The translations under genes were made by a program, and so were the position numbers. Shown one piece after another: positions 1 to 9,903 of a stretch of DNA of 61,290 nucleotides. The stretch comes from an uncultured Bdellovibrionales bacterium (lineage in GTDB: Bacteria; Patescibacteriota; Minisyncoccia; Moranbacterales; UBA1568). The notes beneath the pieces were generated by a model. The model searched no databases. It worked only from the letters and a program-made list of their open reading frames with translations, and was not told the origin of the DNA. Location: the NCBI GenBank assembly GCA_964624415.1, contig CAZUWR010000004.1:1-61290 (forward strand), in the 5' to 3' direction. Numbering within the stretch: the stretch's first letter is position 1; each line of letters begins with the position of its first letter.

Positions 1-1493
<1,493 letters not shown>

Positions 1494-1552
1494 TTAATCT
1501 GTTACAACCGATCATTCGCAAAACGCACAACTCGCATACCAACCGGTACCGA

Positions 1553-1993
1553 TCACTTCTGTTTCAATCGAAAGTGACGTCCTCCAGATACGGGCTTTGC
1601 TTTCTGCATATGCTCATTTCGTGCCGTATGATGCGCGAAGTATAATTCTACCAATAAAATCGCTCCGCCGGCGAGACAACCACTCCACCATGCCAACACT
1701 TTAAAATATTGAAGTGCCAGAAGCGAAAGAACAAAAAAAGCGATAAAACTGCTCCGCCTCATATTGGCGCCCAATGAGCCTGCTGCATACTCATCATCAA
1801 AAAGTTTCCGCTGCAGCCATGTCAGCACCACGGTGCACATACCGGCGAGCCAAAGGAAAAGCGTGATGAAAAAAAGACTTTTCCCGAGTATGCCGGATGT
1901 TTCGGGATCGATATACAGCACCACCGACGCCCACGCGAAAAAAGCGAACATCGTGCTCATCTTCAAACCGAAAAGATAGCCTTGGAGCGACAT
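1553..1993 (-). CDS. small integral membrane protein, unknown function
   Basis: 146-aa ORF with about four hydrophobic helices (FAFFAWASVVLYI, LFFITLFLWLAGMCTVVLTWL, FIAFFVLSLLALQYF, GCLAGGAILLVELYF). No family recognised. The start could be the internal Met at 1960. Confidence 0.5.
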   Translation of the reverse strand: MSLQGYLFGLKMSTMFAFFAWASVVLYIDPETSGILGKSLFFITLFLWLAGMCTVVLTWLQRKLFDDEYAAGSLGANMRRSSFIAFFVLSLLALQYFKVLAWWSGCLAGGAILLVELYFAHHTARNEHMQKAKPVSGGRHFRLKQK

Positions 1994-2247
1994 AAGGAAT
2001 GCTTTTTATATACGCTTGATACATGACTGAAAGATGCACTCTTCCATTACTCAAGTTCTCTACCATTATAGCCTTTTTTGAAGCGACGAGCAAGCGACTG
2101 TCCGCCCTTGACTAAGCCGCCGAGATGTGCTACTCTGAAAGGTCTTGATACGGGATGTTTATCCGATTTCAAGCGCAACACAACCCTTTGTTTTTTAACA
2201 ATTCCGTTTCGCATATCGCGAGACACCCTGCCTTCGGGAGAAGTACC

Positions 2248-2946
2248 ATGAATTATCATGTCGAAATACTCATCTATTACGTTATTTACATTATCGCTCT
2301 TTACTATTTGTTTTATAGCGGATCGAAATTCCTTAAAGAAAAGTTTGACTTAGATAAAAGGGGTATTGATTATAAAGAGGCTTATCTTCAAGAAAAACGA
2401 GTCAACATAATCAATACTGTATCGTTTACGATTTGCACGCTTATCTTCATTGTATCAGCGGTATTTCTCATCTTTCCGACACCGCTGTCAGTTCCATTGG
2501 TTCAAATAACTAAGCAAGGTGAAATGATTCCATTACCCTATGGCGCTTGGCTGCCAAACATCCTCGAAAACGAAAGTTCTTATGTCCGTCTGGAGCCGAC
2601 ATATTCAGACTGTAATATATGGCAAAAGATGCATGGCATTACTCGTGACGGCGTCTACGTTGAAGGATTGAGTGCAATAGCATTTGTCAATATTGGAACA
2701 CCGACCTTTTATTTTACGGATCATAAAGCCTTCTATAAGCACTATAAAACAGAAGGAGTGAACGGTTTCTGCGAAGATCTGCAAGATATAGTGTTCAATG
2801 AAGTTTTTTCCAGGCAGCTCATTTATCCGCAATCGACATTCTCAGAAGAGGAGATCGATCAGGCGCAAAAAAATCTCAAAGCACGACTCTTACAAGTATT
2901 CACCAAAAAATTCCAAGACAAGGGTATCGTCCCGGTTACGGAATAA
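2248..2946 (+). CDS. hypothetical membrane-anchored protein (two N-terminal TM helices plus ~150-aa soluble domain)
   Basis: ORF 2155..2946 trimmed to the ATG at 2248 (MNYHVEILIYYVIYIIALYYLFY...). It is followed by a strong terminator. The region is visibly more AT-rich than its neighbours. No family recognised. Confidence 0.55.
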   Translation: MNYHVEILIYYVIYIIALYYLFYSGSKFLKEKFDLDKRGIDYKEAYLQEKRVNIINTVSFTICTLIFIVSAVFLIFPTPLSVPLVQITKQGEMIPLPYGAWLPNILENESSYVRLEPTYSDCNIWQKMHGITRDGVYVEGLSAIAFVNIGTPTFYFTDHKAFYKHYKTEGVNGFCEDLQDIVFNEVFSRQLIYPQSTFSEEEIDQAQKNLKARLLQVFTKKFQDKGIVPVTE

Positions 2947-2962
2947 ACCGATTTTTCAGCCA

Positions 2963-3009
2963 CCCCACCCTCATCGACAGGAAGTTGATCGACGGGTGGG
3001 GCTTTTTTT
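2963..3009 (+). terminator. rho-independent terminator of the 2248..2946 gene
   Basis: CCCCACCC (2963-2970) pairs with GGGTGGGG (2994-3001), followed by a run of seven T (3003-3009). Confidence 0.75.
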
Positions 3010-3014
3010 ATATC

Positions 3015-3047
3015 AAAAAAACAGACGCCTGACGGAGTCTGTTTTTT
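3015..3047 (-). terminator. rho-independent terminator downstream of efp (bidirectional A/T-flanked hairpin)
   Basis: AAAAAACAGAC ... GTCTGTTTTTT: stem ACAGAC (3021-3026) / GTCTGT (3037-3042) flanked by an A-run and a T-run. It lies 23 nt past the efp stop. Confidence 0.7.
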
Positions 3048-3069
3048 AATTCATCATATAGGGCAACAC

Positions 3070-3627
3070 TTAGGCCCGCGAGACATAGGTCCCCTGCTCG
3101 GTGTTGATGACGATGCGGTCGCCTTCTTTGACGAAAAGCGGCGTTGTCACTTTCAGCCCCGTTTCCACCGTCACCACTTTGTCACCGCCGGATACAGAAT
3201 CCCCCTTGATTCCCGGAGGCGCATCGGTCACGAGCAATGTCATCTTGATCGGCAGCTCCATATTGACCGGCTGTCCATTGAACTGCAGGATGGTCACCTC
3301 TGTCCCTTCCACTAGATACGAAGCATTCTGACCGAGCGTTTCCTTGGACAAGAAGAACTGATCGTACGTCTCATTGTTCATAAAGACATAGTTTTCTCCC
3401 TCCTGGTACAGGTATTGGGCCTTAGCCTTGGACATATCGGCATTGTCAATCTTTTCCGATCCCTGGAAGGTCTTGTCGATGACTGCACCCGTCAGCAAGT
3501 TCTTGAGTTTCGTGCGCAGCACCGCACCGGCACGACCGGTCTTGGAATGTTCATGATGCAGCACGACGTATGGCTGGTCTTCCCAAAGGATGTTTTTTCC
3601 TGTTTTGATTTCGCTGAGATTCAACAT
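3070..3627 (-). CDS. efp: elongation factor P
   Basis: ORF 3070..3669 trimmed to Met15: MLNLSEIKTGKNILWEDQPYVVLHHEHSKTGRAGAVLRTKLKNLLTG... with VTDAPPGIKGDSVSGGDKVVTVETG. Length of 185 aa and three-domain EF-P layout. Confidence 0.93.
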   Translation of the reverse strand: MLNLSEIKTGKNILWEDQPYVVLHHEHSKTGRAGAVLRTKLKNLLTGAVIDKTFQGSEKIDNADMSKAKAQYLYQEGENYVFMNNETYDQFFLSKETLGQNASYLVEGTEVTILQFNGQPVNMELPIKMTLLVTDAPPGIKGDSVSGGDKVVTVETGLKVTTPLFVKEGDRIVINTEQGTYVSRA

Positions 3628-3637
3628 AGGATTATAT

Positions 3638-3790
3638 AACTGAACTATCACAATTTTTTCCGCCCCCAAGACTCGAAGGCCTTTGCGTTACCTGAAAATA
3701 TCCCTCACTCGACACAATCAATGGCTATTTTCAGAACGCAGAAAGCCGTCTCAGACATATTGGGTTCGGAAAAATTGTAATAATTCAGTT
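3638..3790 (-). ncRNA. candidate structured RNA element, copy 1 (~153-nt extended hairpin between rpsR and efp)
   Basis: - Outer arms 3638-3662 / 3767-3790 pair over 24 positions.
- Inner stem CTGAAAATA/TATTTTCAG closes a 25-nt apex.
- The 37-nt core 3695-3731 is identical to 38724-38760.
- Both non-Watson-Crick positions of the outer stem are C:A on the plus strand but G:U in a minus-strand transcript. Confidence 0.55.
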
Positions 3791-3806
3791 CTTTGAGTAA
3801 CGAGGA

Positions 3807-4013
3807 TTATCGAATGACATACGGGATCAACGCCATAAAACGGGCGCGCTTGATCGCCTGCGTCAGCTCACGCTGCTGCTTGGTGCTCAGACCGTACTTC
3901 TTCGGTGGGTAAATCTTCCCCTGCGAGTTCAGGAAACGGCGCAAAAAATACGCGTCCTTGTAATCGATATTGTCGAGCTTCTCGGAAGAAGCGGTATTTT
4001 TAGTGTCTATCAT
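3807..4013 (-). CDS. rpsR: 30S ribosomal protein S18
   Basis: 68 aa, DYKDAYFLRRFLNSQGKIYPPKKYGLSTKQQRELTQAIKRARFMALIPY. Last gene of the rpsF-ssb-rpsR arrangement. Confidence 0.93.
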   Translation of the reverse strand: MIDTKNTASSEKLDNIDYKDAYFLRRFLNSQGKIYPPKKYGLSTKQQRELTQAIKRARFMALIPYVIR

Positions 4014-4017
4014 AGTG

Positions 4018-4141
4018 AAACTTCTTATAATTAATGCTTTGCGGATCCCTATTTTTCATAGGGTTTAAAACTCTTTCAAGGCTTATGAAGTGACCACATG
4101 CGTACTCGCATCGGTCACGAGTAAGCACTTGGAAGAAGTTT
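4018..4141. other. branched intercistronic secondary structure between ssb and rpsR
   Basis: Closing stem AAACTTCTT (4018-4026) / AAGAAGTTT (4133-4141) encloses two local hairpins: CCCTAT-TTTTC-ATAGGG (4047-4063) and GTGACC..ATGCG-TACT-CGCAT..GGTCAC (4090-4118). Confidence 0.4.
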
Positions 4142-4154
4142 TATATCCATTTAC

Positions 4155-4649
4155 CTAAAAAGGAACGTCCTCGATGCGAATCTCATCGCGCTCATCATCG
4201 AGATTGATGGTAGGAATCTCCTCTTCCATCGGTGCTTGCTGCTTCATCTGCGGCGTTGGCCTCTGCTGCTGCATAGGAGCAGCTTGCCGTGGAGCGCCGC
4301 CCATCGGAGCGCTTGATCCTTGCGGACGGCTGCCGAGCTGCATCGTGCTAGCGATGATGTCCACCGCTTTCTTCTCCACACCGGCCTTGTCGGTATACAC
4401 TCGCGACTGCAGTCTCCCTTCGAAGAACGCCTCTTGCCCCTTTGTCAGGTACTGCCCTGCGATTTCTGCGAGCCTTCCCCATACGACGACCGTATGAAAC
4501 TCCGTGCGCTCCTGCTTTTGCCCGCTCTTGTCATTCCAGCGATCGCTGGTTGCCAAGCCGATAGTAGCCACAGTTTGTCCTGACGGCGTGGTGCGGATCT
4601 CCGGATCGCGAGTCAATCGTCCCACGAGTATCACTTTATTCACATTCAT
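4155..4649 (-). CDS. ssb: single-stranded DNA-binding protein
   Basis: OB-fold N-terminus MNVNKVILVGRLTRDPEIRTTPSGQTVATIGLATSDRW...FHTVVVWGRLAE, then a Gly/Pro/Gln-rich linker and an acidic tip DDERDEIRIEDVPF. Confidence 0.93.
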   Translation of the reverse strand: MNVNKVILVGRLTRDPEIRTTPSGQTVATIGLATSDRWNDKSGQKQERTEFHTVVVWGRLAEIAGQYLTKGQEAFFEGRLQSRVYTDKAGVEKKAVDIIASTMQLGSRPQGSSAPMGGAPRQAAPMQQQRPTPQMKQQAPMEEEIPTINLDDERDEIRIEDVPF

Positions 4650-4738
4650 AGGTTTGGGACACAGTGCATCAATAGTTTGCTGTAATACTCTATTGATGCG
4701 CGGTGTTGTTTAGATGTGTATTGGTGTAAGGTTTTTCT

Positions 4739-5311
4739 TTAGATGTGAAGCACTTCCTCCAATTGCTTGTCGAGATCTGCCTCGCTCATAGTCTCTGCTT
4801 TTGCAGTTGTCTCTTTCTTAGTAGTAGCAGCAACTTCTTCAACCTTTTTTTCCTGCGGCGTTTCAACAGCTTGCGCCTTCGGTGCGCGTACCACCTTTTT
4901 CTCGATAGCTACCTTCTTGGCCTGAGCCTCTTTGGCGACTTCTGCTACCACCTTGGCCGTACCCTCTTCTTCGGGCAAGAGTGCTGGAAGATTCTCCGCA
5001 CGCACGGTAATGAATCGCAGTACATCGCGATACAGTGTCAGCTTGTGATTGATGCGTCCGAGAATGCTCGGTTCACCAGCCTCGACGCTCACCTCGCGAT
5101 CATTACGATCAGGAGTGGTGAATCGCTGTGCGATATAGGTACCACGAACCTCTCGCTTGATAGCATAAGCCAGCTTACGCTTCTCCAACTTCTCGGCACC
5201 GGTATAGGTACCCCCCTCAGCCTCAACAATCGCTTTGACCTCTTCCCTGATACGCGTAAGATCCACTTCTTTGGACTCAGCGATCAGATAGAGCAGTTCG
5301 TATTCTATCAT
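4739..5311 (-). CDS. rpsF: 30S ribosomal protein S6 with ~85-aa Lys/Glu/Ala-rich C-terminal extension
   Basis: MIEYELLYLIAESKE...EKLEKRKLAYAIKREVRGTYIAQRF...HKLTLYRDVLRFITV matches S6. First gene of rpsF-ssb-rpsR. Residues ~106-190 are low complexity. Confidence 0.88.
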   Translation of the reverse strand: MIEYELLYLIAESKEVDLTRIREEVKAIVEAEGGTYTGAEKLEKRKLAYAIKREVRGTYIAQRFTTPDRNDREVSVEAGEPSILGRINHKLTLYRDVLRFITVRAENLPALLPEEEGTAKVVAEVAKEAQAKKVAIEKKVVRAPKAQAVETPQEKKVEEVAATTKKETTAKAETMSEADLDKQLEEVLHI

Positions 5312-5335
5312 ATTCGTTTTCTCAACTCATGAATT

Positions 5336-5367
5336 AAAAAACTGTCGCCAAGAAACCCTGGCGACAG
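5336..5367 (-). terminator. terminator-like hairpin inside the rpsF leader (possible attenuator)
   Basis: CTGTCGCCA (5342-5350) / TGGCGACAG (5359-5367). On the minus strand it is followed by TTTTTTAATT. It ends only ~25 nt upstream of the rpsF ATG (5311). Confidence 0.5.
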
Positions 5368-5457
5368 ATCATATATATGTCGGACATTCATCCTATCTTT
5401 TAACTTCCCAAAAGGCGTAAAAGCGGGATAAACCAGGTCTTTCTCAGTTGTATTTAC

Positions 5458-5486
5458 AGCATATCACACCAAAGCAGATTTGACAA
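5458..5486 (-). promoter_or_regulatory. sigma70-like promoter for the rpsF-ssb-rpsR operon
   Basis: Minus strand reads TTGTCA-17 nt-TATGCT (-35 at 5481-5486, -10 at 5458-5463), with TG two nt upstream of the -10. It sits just downstream of the preceding gene's stop. Confidence 0.5.
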
Positions 5487-5493
5487 GTCAATA

Positions 5494-6747
5494 CTAATTC
5501 TTCTCATATCCGGCTGCCAAGCGCTGCACGTTTTGAGCGTAGGTATTGCATTTGTTATTCCAGTAGGCTGATCCTGGTCCGCCGCAATAATAACGCTTGG
5601 AAGCGATAATCTCACCGCTTTTACTCGTAGCGCCAGCATTGGCAAGCTTGATCGCCATACCCACTACACCGTCCGTCACACTCCATGGATCCGGCGGATT
5701 GTGCCCGGTCATAGCAGAAATTTTCGCTTTATATCCCATCCATGTGGTCGGCATAAACTGAGCAATACCCATCGCTCCGCCATAACCATAGCCGGGCGAA
5801 CATGAAATCTTCTTCTTATTCACATCATACCCAAGCTCCTTCATAATCGATTCAAATGCTGTTTTATCAGCCGGCTTGACCCGTGTATTTTTATACAAGC
5901 ATCCGCCTGTAAATCTTCCTAATCCGCTTTCCTGCGTCAACTCACCCAGTATAAAAGCCTTGCGCACACCGGTTGCCCGAGAAGCAATAGCTGCTGCCTC
6001 CATTACATTGTCCGTACTCACGCTTTCACCCAGCAAACCGGACAAGTCGCTTTTCAACTTATTCATTTTTTTCTGCAGTTCGGCGATAGTTGCTTCCTGA
6101 TCGGCGATATCCCCCTGAGTAGCTGCCTGATCGCTCGCCAACGCCTGCTGTTGCTTGGCCTTTTCTGCGAGTACCTGCTCATTTTGCGCCTTCATAGCCT
6201 CCAGGTTGGCGCGCTCGCTTTCGGTCTGACCCTTCAGATCCTGCACCTCATCCAAGACCGTTTTTACCCTTTCTCCCAAATGCGCTACATTGGAGGCTTC
6301 GTCCAACGCTCCGGAAAAATCATTCTCGCCAAGCACTACTTCCGCCACCGACTTATCGGCATTGGAATAGATTTCCTGCATCAAAGCGGTGAGCATTTCT
6401 TTTTTCAACTGAATATTTTCTTCAAGCAACTGTACCTCGAGCTCTTTGCGCTTGATAGTATCGGTCGTATCCCGCAGCAGCGCCTTCGTTTTCCCGATAG
6501 CGGCGACGGTCGTGCTTAAAGAACTCTTGATCTGATTCAAATTACCCTCAAGCGCCTGTTTTTTTTTCGTGGCCTGTTCAAGTTTTTTCTGCAAACTATC
6601 CAAACTATCCTTGATACTCGCCGCCTTATCCTGATTCTGACCATACTGCTCCGCTGTCGAAACAGTAGCAAAAACAAGCGCCGTATCATGCACGGCAAAA
6701 ACGACCACCAATAAAACGCTCACGATAAAAGTCGGTATTCTTTTCAT
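5494..6747 (-). CDS. secreted coiled-coil protein with C-terminal lytic transglycosylase-like domain
   Basis: Signal/anchor MKRIPTFIVSVLLVVVFAV, then ~240 aa of heptad-rich coiled coil. The C-terminus has ELTQESGLG ... GGAMGIAQFMPTTW, typical of lytic murein transglycosylases. ORF track start 6774; I prefer Met10 at 6747. Confidence 0.7.
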   Translation of the reverse strand: MKRIPTFIVSVLLVVVFAVHDTALVFATVSTAEQYGQNQDKAASIKDSLDSLQKKLEQATKKKQALEGNLNQIKSSLSTTVAAIGKTKALLRDTTDTIKRKELEVQLLEENIQLKKEMLTALMQEIYSNADKSVAEVVLGENDFSGALDEASNVAHLGERVKTVLDEVQDLKGQTESERANLEAMKAQNEQVLAEKAKQQQALASDQAATQGDIADQEATIAELQKKMNKLKSDLSGLLGESVSTDNVMEAAAIASRATGVRKAFILGELTQESGLGRFTGGCLYKNTRVKPADKTAFESIMKELGYDVNKKKISCSPGYGYGGAMGIAQFMPTTWMGYKAKISAMTGHNPPDPWSVTDGVVGMAIKLANAGATSKSGEIIASKRYYCGGPGSAYWNNKCNTYAQNVQRLAAGYEKN

Positions 6748-6809
6748 ACACACAGTATAGCATATTTTTCGCATCCTCCATCAAGCGTTCTCACGCGCAA
6801 GAGGAATCA

Positions 6810-8495
6810 CTAGCCAAGCGCCTTTACTGCTTTTTCATAATATCCCATTTTCCCATACCCAAGACTGCTGAGCACCGATGTCGTCTTATTAAATACGCGT
6901 CCATTCTGCTTGAGTCTATGATAATGCTTGGAGTGGCTGAGCATAGTCTCCACCAGCTGATTGACTCCGCTTACATAGACCTGCTTGCCTTTGCGTTCCA
7001 CTATATCCACAATCTCATCGAAGGCATCGACGCCGTCAAGATCGATAAAGGAGAGTTCGCGAAAACGCAAAATGACATGCTCATAATCCGTTAATTTCTT
7101 TTCAAACCGATCGATATGCGCCAAAGCATTCAAATACGCCAACTGCCCTTTGAGTGAATAGACCATCGTGTGACACTGCTCGAAAGTATGATCCTCCGAC
7201 ATAACCACCGATTTATCACCCATCACCGAGCCGAGCACATGCTGGTCCGGATTATTGAAAACCAATTCAAATTGACCCTGCGACATTTTTTCCATAAAGA
7301 GCACGAGTGCAATAGCCGTACCCGCCAAAATACCCATCATCGGATCATGATACACTGTCAGGAAAGCCACGAGAATCATAATCCAAAAGCCGTGTCGATC
7401 GAAATCATACGCTCGTCGATAATGATGCAGTTCTACCATACGGATGGCGGCGAATACCAAAATAGCAGCAATGACCGCGAGCGGGATGTATTTGAAATAC
7501 CCGAACAGAAAAATGGAAATAAGCGCCACGAAAACGCTCTGCAAAAAACACGCCGTCCTATCGGTCGCACCGGTCTTTACATTCAATGCTGTACGCGCGA
7601 AAACACCCGTCGCAGGAAGGCCACCGAAAATGCCGGAAGCAATATTAGCGAATGCCAAAGCCTTCATTTCCTTTCGACGACCGTACTTGTGTTTTGTCTT
7701 GGCCATACCATCCGCGATATTGGCGGAAATGAGCGTCTCAAGAATCGCCACGAATGCCACGGTCAGGGCGGTGATAACAATATCCCACGAAACGGTCGGT
7801 TGCGTGAAAGCAAATAATCGCATCTGCACATCACCGTATGTCGATTGCAGGGTCTGCAATGCAAAAGGAATCATCCCCTTGGAAGAAAGCATACCGATAA
7901 TGATACCGATAGGCGCCAAAATGACTGCGCCAGGCATCTTCGGTGTCCACCTCGAAAACAAGAACAGTCCAGCGAGGAAAACAAGGAAAACCACAGAAGT
8001 TATCGGCGAGGCAGCGCTGATATGATGGAACGATTCACTGAGATTATCTACCAGCTTCTCATGTTTCGGAAGGCCGGAAAGGCCGAAAGCGAAATTAAAC
8101 TGCCCGAGTCCGATAGTGAGCGCCACACCGAGCGTAAATCCATGCAAAGCGCTGGCGGGCACAAATACCAAGTATCGTTCAAGTTTCAAAAAGTATGCTA
8201 CGAGAATAAAAAGCCCTGTGATGACAGCAAGCGAAGGTAAGGCCTCAAATCCGTGCGCGAAAGCAAACAAGGCTAAAATACCGGAAAGCGCTCCGGCCGG
8301 ACCCACAACATTGTACTTGCTGCCCGCAAAAAACGAATATACCAGACCAGCCCAGACAGCTGTCAGAATACCCTGAAGAGGAGTCGCTCCGGAAGCGATG
8401 GCCAATGAAAGGGAGAGCGGTATGGATATGAGCGCGACTGTCAATCCGGATTTCCAATTAGACTTCATTTTTTCCAATGAAAGAAACGTTGCCAT
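6810..8495 (-). CDS. SulP-family anion transporter with C-terminal STAS domain
   Basis: 561 aa. N-terminus SGLTVALISIPLSLSLAIASGATPLQGILTAVWAGLVYSFFAGS and more than 10 TM helices. C-terminal ~130 aa are STAS-like (ILRFRELSFIDLDGVDAFDEIV). Confidence 0.88.
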   Translation of the reverse strand: MATFLSLEKMKSNWKSGLTVALISIPLSLSLAIASGATPLQGILTAVWAGLVYSFFAGSKYNVVGPAGALSGILALFAFAHGFEALPSLAVITGLFILVAYFLKLERYLVFVPASALHGFTLGVALTIGLGQFNFAFGLSGLPKHEKLVDNLSESFHHISAASPITSVVFLVFLAGLFLFSRWTPKMPGAVILAPIGIIIGMLSSKGMIPFALQTLQSTYGDVQMRLFAFTQPTVSWDIVITALTVAFVAILETLISANIADGMAKTKHKYGRRKEMKALAFANIASGIFGGLPATGVFARTALNVKTGATDRTACFLQSVFVALISIFLFGYFKYIPLAVIAAILVFAAIRMVELHHYRRAYDFDRHGFWIMILVAFLTVYHDPMMGILAGTAIALVLFMEKMSQGQFELVFNNPDQHVLGSVMGDKSVVMSEDHTFEQCHTMVYSLKGQLAYLNALAHIDRFEKKLTDYEHVILRFRELSFIDLDGVDAFDEIVDIVERKGKQVYVSGVNQLVETMLSHSKHYHRLKQNGRVFNKTTSVLSSLGYGKMGYYEKAVKALG

Positions 8496-8695
8496 ACTAT
8501 GATACTTAATACTTAGTAATCGAGTGATTGAACGGCCAAAAAAACATCCTCCTTAAAACAGTTCTCTATTTCTTATAACCAGAACTAAAACAAGAAAGAT
8601 TCATTCGAAGAAATACACCTCTCATCAGAAAACGAGATCCCATTGTTTTCAAATAAAAGACATATTCCTAAGCGGCTGCGCAAGGCACCTCTGTA

Positions 8696-8724
8696 GTTAT
8701 ACTCCTTCCCGTATAACCTGTCAA
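8696..8724 (-). promoter_or_regulatory. sigma70-like promoter, implies a ~200-nt leader for the SulP gene
   Basis: Minus strand reads TTGACA-17 nt-TATAAC (-35 at 8719-8724, -10 at 8696-8701). Confidence 0.45.
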
Positions 8725-8731
8725 AATATAC

Positions 8732-8764
8732 AAACAAACCCGCGAGAATACCGCGGGTTTGTTT
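8732..8764 (-). terminator. rho-independent terminator of recA
   Basis: AAACAAACCCGCG (8732-8744) / CGCGGGTTTGTTT (8752-8764), a 13-bp stem 23 nt past the recA stop, with a T-rich tail on the minus strand. Confidence 0.8.
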
Positions 8765-8786
8765 CTGTTTGGATTATATTGAGAGA

Positions 8787-9824
8787 CTATATCACCTCTT
8801 TCACCTTATCCATAATCGCCTTTTCTATCTCCTGCAAAATAGGTTGATTGGCCTTCAGGAAAGTTTTAGCGACTTCACGCCCTACACCGAGCTTCACCTC
8901 GCCGAAGAGATATGAATTGCCGGACTTCTTGATGACTTCGAGTTTCACGCCGGTATCGAGAATATCGCCGGACTGCGAGATACCCTCATTGTACATGATA
9001 TCGAATTCAGCTGTACGGAAAGGCGGCGCTACTTTGTTCTTGACTACTTTAACATTCACGCGATTTCCCACCACACTATCATCCTTTTTGATCTGAGCTG
9101 CACGGCGAATCTCGATACGGACAGACGCGTAGAATTTGAGCGCATTGCCACCGGTCGTCGTCTCCGGATTGCCAAACATCACGCCGATCTTCATACGGAT
9201 CTGATTGATGAAGATGACCGTCACATTGGAACGCGCTATGATAGCGGTCAGCTTACGCAAAGCCTGAGACATCAATCTCGCTTGGCGCCCTACATGCTGA
9301 TCGCCCATCTCGCCTTCAATTTCCGCCTTAGGGACAAGCGCTGCCACCGAGTCGACTACGATCACCGCCACGGAATTCGAACGCACCAGTGTCTCGACGA
9401 TATCGAGTGCCTGCTCTCCGGTATCAGGCTGAGAAATCAGAAGGTTGTTGATATCGACTCCGATTTTTTTGGCATACTCAGGATCAAGCGCGTGCTCAGC
9501 ATCGACAAAGGCCGCAATACCACCTGCCTTCTGAGCACTGGCCACGATATGAAGCGTCAGTGTCGTCTTTCCGGAAGATTCCGGTCCATAGATCTCGATA
9601 ATTCTTCCTCGGGGCACGCCACCGATACCGAGCGCCATATCCAGCGACACTGATCCGGTCGGAATAGCCTCCACGTCCACCTTGCGCACATCACCCAGCC
9701 GCATAATAATCCCCTCACCGAATTTTTCCTGCAGATCATCCACCAAAGCATCGATAGTCTTGTCCCCTTTGACACTCATCACCTTATCCGGTGTTTTTTC
9801 TTTTGCTCCGAATTTTGCTGCCAT
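8787..9824 (-). CDS. recA: recombinase RecA
   Basis: [18 protein letters not shown] (Walker A), [40 protein letters not shown]. 345 aa. Confidence 0.97.
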   Translation of the reverse strand: MAAKFGAKEKTPDKVMSVKGDKTIDALVDDLQEKFGEGIIMRLGDVRKVDVEAIPTGSVSLDMALGIGGVPRGRIIEIYGPESSGKTTLTLHIVASAQKAGGIAAFVDAEHALDPEYAKKIGVDINNLLISQPDTGEQALDIVETLVRSNSVAVIVVDSVAALVPKAEIEGEMGDQHVGRQARLMSQALRKLTAIIARSNVTVIFINQIRMKIGVMFGNPETTTGGNALKFYASVRIEIRRAAQIKKDDSVVGNRVNVKVVKNKVAPPFRTAEFDIMYNEGISQSGDILDTGVKLEVIKKSGNSYLFGEVKLGVGREVAKTFLKANQPILQEIEKAIMDKVKEVI

Positions 9825-9903
9825 AACTGTTTGTATTAAAATTTACTCCGTACTTTCATTATACTCGGTATGTAATATATGTAAACACCTGAGGACAAAG
9901 GCT

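Noticed and set aside
2047-2259. 70-aa basic ORF on the minus strand in the divergent promoter region
   Set aside because: It has no supporting start context, overlaps the start of the 2248 gene and a promoter-like TTGACT-17-TACTCT, and its composition looks like translated non-coding DNA.
3638-3790. Interpretation of the repeated hairpins as MITEs or IS remnants
   Set aside because: There is no transposase or integrase anywhere in the window, no obvious target-site duplications, and the arms are not conserved between copies as transposon terminal repeats would be. The strand-biased G:U pattern also argues for RNA. This is not fully excluded without a genome-wide copy census.
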